Source: Bacteroidales bacterium (GTDB taxonomy: Bacteria > Bacteroidota > Bacteroidia > Bacteroidales > GWA2-32-17). From it: 64,000 nucleotides of DNA. The stretch covers positions 28,229 to 92,228 of the forward strand of contig JAOADU010000056.1 of the NCBI GenBank assembly GCA_026417155.1. The letters are read 5' to 3'. The position numbers and the translations under genes were made by a program. A model generated the notes under the pieces. It had not been told where the DNA came from. It saw nothing but the letters and a program-made list of their open reading frames with translations, and did no database searches. Of this stretch, positions 56,251 to 64,000 are shown in pieces (the stretch's first letter is position 1; every line of letters starts with the position of its first letter).

Positions 56251-58407
56251 ATGCAAAGTAAAATTTATTTGTATTTTATTATTTCTTTTTTGGTGTTATT
56301 GGCTTGTAAAGAAAATAAAGTTATTCAAACAAGCAAAGTTAAAAAAAGTACCTTTGATTCATTAGCTAATCAAGTAATTCATGAAAAACGCTTTACTCCC
56401 GAATTGTTGTGGAAGTTTGGTCGAATAGGAGAGTTTGATCTTTCGCCCGATGGTAAAAGTATCGTATATCAGGTAACGCGTTATTCTATTGCGGCCAATA
56501 AAGGCTACACCGACTTGTTTTTATTAAATATCGGAAGCAAAGATCCTATTCATCTTACAACGTTTGAAGGTAGCGAATACAATCCTCGTTGGCATCCCGA
56601 TGGAACTAAAATTGGTTTTATTGCCACAGAATCGGGCGAACCGCAAATATGGGAAATTAGTCGCGATGGTAAGCATATAAAACAAATTTCGAATATTTCC
56701 GGAGGCATTAACAGTTTTGAGTATTCTCCAAAAGGAAATAAAATTCTTTATACAAAAGACGTACAAGTAAAACCAACTTTGAAAGAAATATACCCCGATT
56801 TACCTAAAGCAAATGTTTATATGGCTGAAGATTTAATGTATCGTCATTGGGATCACTGGGAAGATGGAGCTTATAGCCACATTTTCGTTGCCGATAGATT
56901 GGGTGACAGCATTACTAATTCAATTGATATCATGCAAAATGAACCTTATGATAGTCCATTGTCGCCTTACTTTGAATCGAATGAAATAACATGGAGTAAC
57001 GATGGAAAGTATATTGCTTATACCTGCAAAAAACTTTATGGCAAAGAATATGCAATATCAACTAATAGTGATATTTATTTATATGATATTGATTCAAAAA
57101 GTACTATAAATTTAAGCGAAGGAATGCCCGGATATGATAAATACCCTGTATTTTCAAATAATAATAAATTTTTGGTTTGGATGACAATGAAAACACCCGG
57201 TTATGAGTCGGATAAAATGAACTTAGTAATTTATAATTTCGAAACAAAGGAAAAGAAGATTTTAACCGAATATTTCGACCAGAATGCTTTTGATTATGTT
57301 TGGAGCAGCGACGATTCGTATTTATACTTTATTTCAGAAATTCGAGGAACAAAGCAGATTTATAGTATTAACATCAAGGAGTTGATTAATGCTAATGTTC
57401 AAGATAAAGAAAAGTTTATTGCTTCAATACGGCAATTAACTGATGGCATGCACGATTTCACAAGTATTAAACTCAAACAGCAAACTATGATTGCAAGTAA
57501 AATGTCGATGTTAATGGCTACAGAAATATATAAGGTTGATATAACAAGCGGCCAAGATGAACAGCTTACATTTACTAATAAAACAATATACGATAATGTC
57601 TCATCGGCTAGTATACGAAAGCGTTGGGTAAAAACTATTGACGGAAAACAAATGTTGGTATGGCATATATTGCCACCAAACTTTGATTCTACTCGTAAAT
57701 ACCCGGCTATTTTGTATTGTCAGGGAGGACCGCAAAGTATGGTTAGTCAGTTTTTTAGCTATCGATGGAATTTTCAGATTATGGCTGCTAACGATTATAT
57801 TGTTATAGCTCCTAATAGAAGAGGGCTACCGGGTTTTGGTCAGGAGTGGAATGCCCAAATTTCGGGCGATTATGGTGGACTTAATATGAAAGATTATTTA
57901 TCGGCAGTGGACGATGCCAAAACATTACCGTATATTGATGCTCAAAATATTGGTTGTGTCGGTGCTAGTTATGGAGGATTTTCGGCATTTTGGTTGGCAG
58001 GAAATCATCAAAAACGATTTAAGGCTTTCATTGCTCATTGTGGTATGTTTAATCTCGAAAGCCAATATGCCTCCACCGAAGAAGTATTTTTTACAAACCA
58101 CGATTTAGGAGGACCATTCTGGGATAAAACTAATGCTATTGCTCAAAGATCTTATGCTAATAGCCCTCATAGGTTTGTACAAAATTGGGATACACCAATA
58201 TTAATTATTACAGGAGAAAAAGATTTTAGAATTCCTTATACCGAAAGCATACAAGCGTTTAATTGTGCTCAATTACTGGGTGTTCCTAGTAAATTATTGG
58301 TTTTCCCCGATGAAACACATTTTGTGTTAAAGCCTCAAAATAGCATACTTTGGCAACGCGAATTTTTTGCATGGCTCGATCGTTGGCTAAAACCTAAGAC
58401 TTTGTAG
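56251..58407 (+). CDS. S9-family serine peptidase (prolyl oligopeptidase/DPP-like) with an N-terminal beta-propeller
   Basis: Lipoprotein-type signal (LVLLAC) and a propeller region. The C-terminal alpha/beta hydrolase domain has the nucleophile motif GASYGG and downstream Asp and His residues (GEKDFRIP, DETHFV). Confidence 0.85.
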   Translation: MQSKIYLYFIISFLVLLACKENKVIQTSKVKKSTFDSLANQVIHEKRFTPELLWKFGRIGEFDLSPDGKSIVYQVTRYSIAANKGYTDLFLLNIGSKDPIHLTTFEGSEYNPRWHPDGTKIGFIATESGEPQIWEISRDGKHIKQISNISGGINSFEYSPKGNKILYTKDVQVKPTLKEIYPDLPKANVYMAEDLMYRHWDHWEDGAYSHIFVADRLGDSITNSIDIMQNEPYDSPLSPYFESNEITWSNDGKYIAYTCKKLYGKEYAISTNSDIYLYDIDSKSTINLSEGMPGYDKYPVFSNNNKFLVWMTMKTPGYESDKMNLVIYNFETKEKKILTEYFDQNAFDYVWSSDDSYLYFISEIRGTKQIYSINIKELINANVQDKEKFIASIRQLTDGMHDFTSIKLKQQTMIASKMSMLMATEIYKVDITSGQDEQLTFTNKTIYDNVSSASIRKRWVKTIDGKQMLVWHILPPNFDSTRKYPAILYCQGGPQSMVSQFFSYRWNFQIMAANDYIVIAPNRRGLPGFGQEWNAQISGDYGGLNMKDYLSAVDDAKTLPYIDAQNIGCVGASYGGFSAFWLAGNHQKRFKAFIAHCGMFNLESQYASTEEVFFTNHDLGGPFWDKTNAIAQRSYANSPHRFVQNWDTPILIITGEKDFRIPYTESIQAFNCAQLLGVPSKLLVFPDETHFVLKPQNSILWQREFFAWLDRWLKPKTL

Positions 58408-58441
58408 GTATATTTCGAAAATACGATGAACCCGTGTTTAT

Positions 58442-58466
58442 AAATTCAATCTTTGCGATTGAATTT
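58442..58466. other. Perfect 10-bp inverted repeat with a 5-nt loop, between convergent genes (possible bidirectional terminator)
   Basis: AAATTCAATC-TTTGC-GATTGAATTT. There is no adjacent U-tract on either strand, so terminator function is uncertain. Confidence 0.3.
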
Positions 58467-58578
58467 CGCAATGAAAAATAAATTATTTGATTTGTATAAT
58501 GATTTTTTTTTTGCATTACTGTTAAAAGTAGTGCGACGGAAATTCATCGATAGCAATCTTTATATCATTGAGTAATTA

Positions 58579-61500
58579 TCAAAACCATGCTCTTACTTCA
58601 ATATTTCCTGTATGAATTGTTTTGGCTAGTTGAGATGCTCGAGCCTGATAAGAAATAACCATTTGTACTGTTGATGACAAATTTCTTTGTACTTGTAGGG
58701 TATAAATTTGATTCCATCCGGGTTGCAGAGCTTCGAGCATTTCGTACGCTACGGATGTCGCTGTATGGCCTCTAAAGTTATTGCGAATAAGTTCAGCTTT
58801 AGCAACAATGTAATTATCAGATTTTATGCTCTTACGCATTTCTAAAGAAAAATTATAAGCCATTAATTGTTCTGTGTTTAGCTTATTTATTTTTGATGTT
58901 AATTTTCCTGTCAATGTCCATCGTGTTTCATTATTTGGTTGATAACTTGTATTGCTTTCTATTTGTTGAGTGTAAATTTTATAGTTTTTTTGAGTGAAAA
59001 ATTCAGAATGAAAACGCCTTGTACTATACATAGGTACAATTTGTAAACTATACCACTCGTTGATATTCCATCGAAAAACCAGAGAATGTTGCTCATTCCA
59101 TCGCTTGTCGGTACCTTGAATAAGTAATTGTGTATTTTGCTGATGCAAAAAAAGATATTGCATGCCTATTGACGATGAGTTTTTTAAAATATTGAATGAA
59201 TTTCGCAGTAATGTGTTGATAAGCAGCAAATTGCTATCGTTAGGAGCAAAAGGCAAAAACTGGTAAATAATGTTTTTTGAAAACGTTTTTACTTCGTGTA
59301 AAAACGAAGTATGATTTGAAAAATTTGTAAGAAACTTTCGAATACCGGAATTATTGTACCAACATGCTTCTGGATTTAAGCTAATGGTTTGAGATAATTT
59401 GCTGTAGTATGCTTTAATATATTCTAATGTGCTCGATGTTATGCGTATAAATGTAGCTTGATCGGCATATTGTGCAATTTCAAACTCGTTCAATTCTTTT
59501 ATTCCATTTTTATTATAATCAATCCATGTGTATGTGCCTTGTCCAGCTGGAACTTCTACATACATAAATTGTCGCTTGGGCTCCATAGAAGCATTGTTTT
59601 CGTGTACAGTATTAAGTGTAATGGCATTTTTTGCTAGTTTAACCAATAATTCGTTTCGGCTAACTATATTCTCACTGCTTTTGATGGAATCTCTATATCC
59701 TTTAAGTTTTCTATATGTTATTATTGAAGAAATTGATAGCTTTTTAGTTTTACTGGTGTTAATTTCTATTGCGGCCTCATTAGTTGAAAATGTTTTATGT
59801 AGCTTATTGTGTAAAGGCAAAAAATCGTCTCTTATCCCATATCTTATATTCCAAAAGAACTTGCTACTGTCGGGAGAACTTAAATATGCGTCCCATCTAA
59901 AATAGCTAAAACTGTTGTAAAGCAAACTGTCGTTGTTGATTAATCTCCAGTGATTTTCTTCTAATTGTGTTTTAACACCTGTTTTAAACAATGCTAAACT
60001 TTTTTCATTTGTACTATAGTGTCTTAGAAATGTTGTTTTTATTTGATTTTGTTGTGTTTGTAAAAAGCTTCCATGATGTAAAAAATTCCATGTGTTGGGT
60101 TTAATGTGAGCTTGTGCAAATATTTTTCTGCCTTTATAATATCGTTCGAAAGATAACCAATCGGCACCTACTGATGATAAAACTGCTTCTTTTCTTTTAA
60201 AATTTAAAACTATACCAGTCATTATTTCGTTGTTTGAATTGTAAAGATTATTATTCCAGTCTCTACTGAATTCAACGTGTTTAATGTTTTCGGGAGAGTT
60301 ATAGGTAGATGAAATATGTTGTAAATAGGTTTCATAATTTAGTTGGTATTTGGAAGTATCTTTGTTTAATTGATGTTTTAAGGCAGTTCGAAGTGCAATA
60401 CCTTTGTTTAAATGCTGGTCAAACTTTGAAAATGTATTTTTATCGTAGTCGGAAATGGAAAAATCAATAGTTGTGCTAACTTTTCGATGAATGCGATAAT
60501 TTAGCGAAGTTGCCATAATGGTATGTTTCATGGGTGGAATAAGCTTTTTTATAGGTTCAAATTCTCCTTGTGGAATACCATTTACAGGTGCAACCCATCG
60601 AAAAACACGTCCATTGGCAGTTGATGCAACTTGTATGTAATTGCCTTTGTTTTTGCCTACATATGCAAATCCTGCACGATAACGAGCAGTAGTGTCTGTA
60701 GAATATACCAAAACGCTATCGTAAGTAACTCCATTTACGATAGTATCAATCAAGCGGTAATATATTTGATTTTCATTCCGAATGCTATCGAGTGTTATAA
60801 ATGGAACAACAGCCTTGCTTTCATCAATTCCCGATAAACGTAAAATTTCTTTTTCTTTGTCTGTTAAACTTTGTTGTAGGGTTTGATTTTTTGCATCAAA
60901 TTCATGATATAGCTGAAGTTTAAAATTTACTTTTTCTTCTTCGATATTAAGTTGGTTAAAAGTCATAAAACGTGCATAATTTCTGTCGCTATATTCAAAT
61001 TCGGCAACAATACGGGTATCTTTGGTTATGACATTTTTTGCTGTAAAAGTAAGTTCGGCAGTATTATAGTCAATGATATAGTCGTTATTTTCGCCACGCA
61101 GCAATAATTTTCCATCAATATAGATACGCTCAGTGCCAGCAAGAACTACGATAAATGGCTCTTGATTAGCCCCAACTAATTTATATGGTCCTTGAATACC
61201 TTCGCGACCATTAAAAGTCATGCGATGGTATTTACCTTTACTTACCGACTGACTAGTTCGGAAAAGTATCGCATTTGAATTATTTTTTTTTCGATATTCA
61301 TACTGTAATCCTTGTAATTTTCGATTTATTCGTAAAAAACGATGTTCATTTGCATGCAATTCATAATCGCCAATAGTAAAACTATTATTTGGATTGAAAA
61401 TTTGAATGTATATTTTATCAAACTCTTGGATTTGTTGTGTATTACCACTGGGTTGAAAAGGAACTTGGTTGTCGGTTAGTGCTGCAACAATTTCGTAATC

Positions 61501-62007
61501 GTCGCTAATTTTTCCCGAAAGTTGTAAATTTAATGTTGACGATACCGACATATTTTGATTATTTCCAATACGAATGCCGCGAGTAATGCTACCACGTTTT
61601 TGAAGCTCATTATCGAAATAAGAAAAATTATTTTCGTTCGAATAACTCAAAGAATTATTAAGGTTGCTTATGGATGTTGAGTCTTTAATAATTAAAGAAG
61701 CAGGTTTATGATAGTATTTTGTTGGTAAAATCTTATTTAACGGAACATATTGAATGATTAGAGTATCATTATAAATTTTTTTTAAAATTACTGTCGAACG
61801 AGTGTAATTGACAAAAAATAAGGAATCGTGAATGATTTCATTTTTCGTATTTCGAATGCTAAACCATAATGGGCTTATAGCAACGCTATCTATTGTAATA
61901 AAGGTGTCGGTCTGAAATACTTTTTTTTCTGTGGGAATAATTAAATTTTGGGCAAAGAGACTTTTCGATAAAAATATTACAAATATGAGAAATCGTATTT
62001 TACTCAA
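58579..62007 (-). CDS. Very large (1142 aa) predicted outer-membrane beta-barrel protein, family unknown
   Basis: Signal peptide (FVIFLSKSLFAQ), pervasive alternating aromatic/polar beta-strand pattern, and a C-terminal aromatic residue (VRAWF). Apparent TTG start. Confidence 0.5.
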   Translation of the reverse strand: MSKIRFLIFVIFLSKSLFAQNLIIPTEKKVFQTDTFITIDSVAISPLWFSIRNTKNEIIHDSLFFVNYTRSTVILKKIYNDTLIIQYVPLNKILPTKYYHKPASLIIKDSTSISNLNNSLSYSNENNFSYFDNELQKRGSITRGIRIGNNQNMSVSSTLNLQLSGKISDDYEIVAALTDNQVPFQPSGNTQQIQEFDKIYIQIFNPNNSFTIGDYELHANEHRFLRINRKLQGLQYEYRKKNNSNAILFRTSQSVSKGKYHRMTFNGREGIQGPYKLVGANQEPFIVVLAGTERIYIDGKLLLRGENNDYIIDYNTAELTFTAKNVITKDTRIVAEFEYSDRNYARFMTFNQLNIEEEKVNFKLQLYHEFDAKNQTLQQSLTDKEKEILRLSGIDESKAVVPFITLDSIRNENQIYYRLIDTIVNGVTYDSVLVYSTDTTARYRAGFAYVGKNKGNYIQVASTANGRVFRWVAPVNGIPQGEFEPIKKLIPPMKHTIMATSLNYRIHRKVSTTIDFSISDYDKNTFSKFDQHLNKGIALRTALKHQLNKDTSKYQLNYETYLQHISSTYNSPENIKHVEFSRDWNNNLYNSNNEIMTGIVLNFKRKEAVLSSVGADWLSFERYYKGRKIFAQAHIKPNTWNFLHHGSFLQTQQNQIKTTFLRHYSTNEKSLALFKTGVKTQLEENHWRLINNDSLLYNSFSYFRWDAYLSSPDSSKFFWNIRYGIRDDFLPLHNKLHKTFSTNEAAIEINTSKTKKLSISSIITYRKLKGYRDSIKSSENIVSRNELLVKLAKNAITLNTVHENNASMEPKRQFMYVEVPAGQGTYTWIDYNKNGIKELNEFEIAQYADQATFIRITSSTLEYIKAYYSKLSQTISLNPEACWYNNSGIRKFLTNFSNHTSFLHEVKTFSKNIIYQFLPFAPNDSNLLLINTLLRNSFNILKNSSSIGMQYLFLHQQNTQLLIQGTDKRWNEQHSLVFRWNINEWYSLQIVPMYSTRRFHSEFFTQKNYKIYTQQIESNTSYQPNNETRWTLTGKLTSKINKLNTEQLMAYNFSLEMRKSIKSDNYIVAKAELIRNNFRGHTATSVAYEMLEALQPGWNQIYTLQVQRNLSSTVQMVISYQARASQLAKTIHTGNIEVRAWF

Positions 62008-62018
62008 TTATTTTTTCT

Positions 62019-62026
62019 CAAAATTA
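62019..62026 (-). promoter_or_regulatory. -7 promoter box TAATTTTG for the large OMP gene
   Basis: The plus strand reads CAAAATTA, 11 nt upstream of the TTG start at 62007. Confidence 0.35.
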
Positions 62027-62177
62027 CTAAGCTTCGTTAATAAACGAAAGAGATAAGAAAATATTATTTAATATAAGATTATATGCTATTTGTAATCGAA
62101 AAGATATGTTTTATAAAGTAAAATGAAACCATTGATAAATCAGTGAAAAAATACACTATTTTTACAAAAAATATACT

Positions 62178-63311
62178 ATGAAAAGAATTTTAATTTTAGG
62201 TGCTGGCATGGTAGGAAGAGCCATTGCCTTCGATTTAAGTAAAAGATATGAAGTAACCTCGGCCGATATTTCTGATGAAGCGTTGAATAAAGTATCAAAA
62301 ATGTATCATGTGCAAACAATAAAATTTGATATAAGAAATAAAGAACAGCTCTCTAATCTGATAATGCAGTATGATTTTATTGTTTCGGCTGTACCTGGAT
62401 TTTTGGGTTACGAAACTCTTAAAACTATAATTGAATGCAAGAAGGATTTTGTAGATATATCGTTTTTGCCCGAAGATGCTCTAACATTGCACGAAATAGC
62501 AAAGCAAAATAATGTTTGCGGTATAGTAGATATGGGGATCGCTCCGGGTGTTCCTAATTTGGTTGCCGGTTATTATTATAATCGCATGAATATTAATTTA
62601 TTTGAATATATGGTAGGTGGTTTGCCCAAAAAACGGGTGTATCCATTTCAATATAAAGCGCCATTTTCGCCTGTAGATGTGTTGGAAGAATATACTCGTC
62701 CTGCCAGACATAAAATTAATGGAGAAATGGTTGTATTACCAGCAATGAGCGATGCTGAATATGTTACTTTCGATAAAGTTGGCACTTTAGAAGCATTTAA
62801 TACCGATGGTTTACGTTCGCTTTTGTACACATTGCCCAATATTCCCACTATGAGGGAAAAAACGCTCCGCTATCCCGGTCATATTGATTTAATAAAAGCA
62901 TTGCAGTCATCAGGATTTTTATCCCATCAACCAATCACTATCAACAATCAAACAGTAGTACCATTTGATGTTACTGCACGTATTTTATTTGATAATTGGA
63001 AACTAAATGACACTGAACCCGAATTTACTATTATGAAAATTACTCTCAAAAACAATGAGCAATCTGTAGTAATTGATGTCTATGATGAATATGATGAGCA
63101 AACTCAATTATCTTCTATGGCACGTACTACTGGTTTTACAGCTACGGCTGGCGTAGATCTGATAATTAATGGCTACTTCCGCAAAAGCGGCATTTATCCA
63201 CCCGAATTAGTTGCTCAACAAGACACATGCTACGATTATGTGATTGAACATTTAAAAAATAGAGGGATACATATAAACGTTAGTGAAAGCCTAATCACAG
63301 GAAAGCTTTAA
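62178..63311 (+). CDS. Saccharopine dehydrogenase-family oxidoreductase
   Basis: N-terminal Rossmann motif [17 protein letters not shown]. The length (377 aa) and the C-terminal Sacchrp_dh-like region also fit. Confidence 0.75.
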   Translation: MKRILILGAGMVGRAIAFDLSKRYEVTSADISDEALNKVSKMYHVQTIKFDIRNKEQLSNLIMQYDFIVSAVPGFLGYETLKTIIECKKDFVDISFLPEDALTLHEIAKQNNVCGIVDMGIAPGVPNLVAGYYYNRMNINLFEYMVGGLPKKRVYPFQYKAPFSPVDVLEEYTRPARHKINGEMVVLPAMSDAEYVTFDKVGTLEAFNTDGLRSLLYTLPNIPTMREKTLRYPGHIDLIKALQSSGFLSHQPITINNQTVVPFDVTARILFDNWKLNDTEPEFTIMKITLKNNEQSVVIDVYDEYDEQTQLSSMARTTGFTATAGVDLIINGYFRKSGIYPPELVAQQDTCYDYVIEHLKNRGIHINVSESLITGKL

Positions 63312-64000
63312 CATCGTTGACAGTTATTTGATTATCACTTAAAATAACAAGGCGTTCGACAATATTATGCAACTCACGAATGTTTCCTTTAAATTCGTGT
63401 TGTTGTATCAGTTTTACAGCATCGGATTCAATTTTCTTTACAGGCATCCCGTATTCAGTACAAATTTTTTGTATAAAATAATGGATAAGTTCAGGAATAT
63501 CTTCTTTACGTTCATTGAGTGATGGAACATGTAGAACAATTACACTAAGCCGATGATATAAATCTTCGCGAAAATGATGTTTTTCAATTTCACTTCGTAA
63601 ATCTTTGTTTGTAGCTGCAATAACCCGTACATTAACAGTAATGTCTTTTTCTCCTCCAACGCGGGTTATTTTGTTTTCTTGCAATGCTCGTAAAACTTTT
63701 GCTTGAGCGGCTAAACTCATGTCTCCAATTTCGTCTAGGAAAAGTGTACCACCATTTGCTAATTCAAATTTGCCGATTCGTTGTTTAATTGCAGAAGTAA
63801 ATGCTCCTTTTTCATGACCAAACAGTTCGCTTTCGATAAGTTCTGTTGGAATGGCGGCACAATTTACTTCAACAAACGGACCTGCCGATCGTTTGCTTTT
63901 TTCATGAATCAGATGAGCCACAAGTTCTTTTCCTGTGCCATTTTCGCCGGTGATGAGCACGCGGGCATCGGTAGGAGCAATTTTTTCTATCATGTCGCGA
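63295..64000 (-). CDS. Sigma-54-dependent AAA+ transcriptional activator (partial; N-terminus lies beyond the window edge)
   Basis: Walker A GENGTGKE, a GAFTGA-loop variant (EKGAFTSA), Walker B LFLDEIG, and arginine fingers ([15 protein letters not shown]). The reading frame stays open to position 64000. Confidence 0.85.
   Translation of the reverse strand, partial: RDMIEKIAPTDARVLITGENGTGKELVAHLIHEKSKRSAGPFVEVNCAAIPTELIESELFGHEKGAFTSAIKQRIGKFELANGGTLFLDEIGDMSLAAQAKVLRALQENKITRVGGEKDITVNVRVIAATNKDLRSEIEKHHFREDLYHRLSVIVLHVPSLNERKEDIPELIHYFIQKICTEYGMPVKKIESDAVKLIQQHEFKGNIRELHNIVERLVILSDNQITVNDVKAFL

Noticed and set aside
58408-58578. Possible tRNA or small RNA gene in the 171-bp gap between the convergent S9 peptidase and OMP genes.
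   Set aside because: I found no cloverleaf-compatible arms and no conserved T-loop (GTTCRANYC) or D-loop. Only a 10-bp hairpin is present, which I list as a possible terminator.

Overview
This is a 64 kb stretch of low-GC chromosome that I assign to Bacteroidota, probably Bacteroidia-like. The assignment rests on recurrent TAnnTTTG -7 promoter boxes, a FeoA-FeoB fusion, a T9SS type-B C-terminal sorting domain, bcp-recA linkage and several SPOR-domain envelope proteins.

The window is gene-dense and mostly core. It carries:
- Metabolism and housekeeping: methylmalonyl-CoA mutase (mutA/mutB), pyrG, ribE, pyrBI, aroK.
- Replication and repair: dnaA, gyrB, parE/parC, recA, umuDC.
- Transport and envelope: feoAB, and an envelope cluster of an LptD-like protein, an amidase-SPOR fusion and a MlaD-SPOR fusion.
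- One flippase-type polysaccharide locus at about 11.8-18.3 kb.

I saw no rRNA, tRNA, CRISPR array, transposase or integrase.

The most interesting item is a well-formed fluoride (crcB-motif) riboswitch at 21083-21130 on the minus strand. It has an apparent Shine-Dalgarno-sequestering expression platform. It sits in front of a CPA2-type cation/proton antiporter that is tightly coupled to a bacterial dynamin-like GTPase. As far as I know, a dynamin-like GTPase has not been described as part of a fluoride response.

Secondary observations:
- gyrB-umuD-umuC are collinear with only an 8 nt gap between gyrB and umuD.
- SPOR domains are fused to a MlaD/MCE protein and to an amidase.
- A six-gene translationally coupled operon surrounds a T9SS type-B cargo protein.
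- A likely unannotated small lipoprotein gene lies at 37051-37236.
- CATGTTCAT direct repeats are clustered at 37758-37871.
- A sigma-54 activator appears to lack a DNA-binding domain.

All calls come from reading the sequence and recognising motifs. No database search, covariance model or skew calculation was run.
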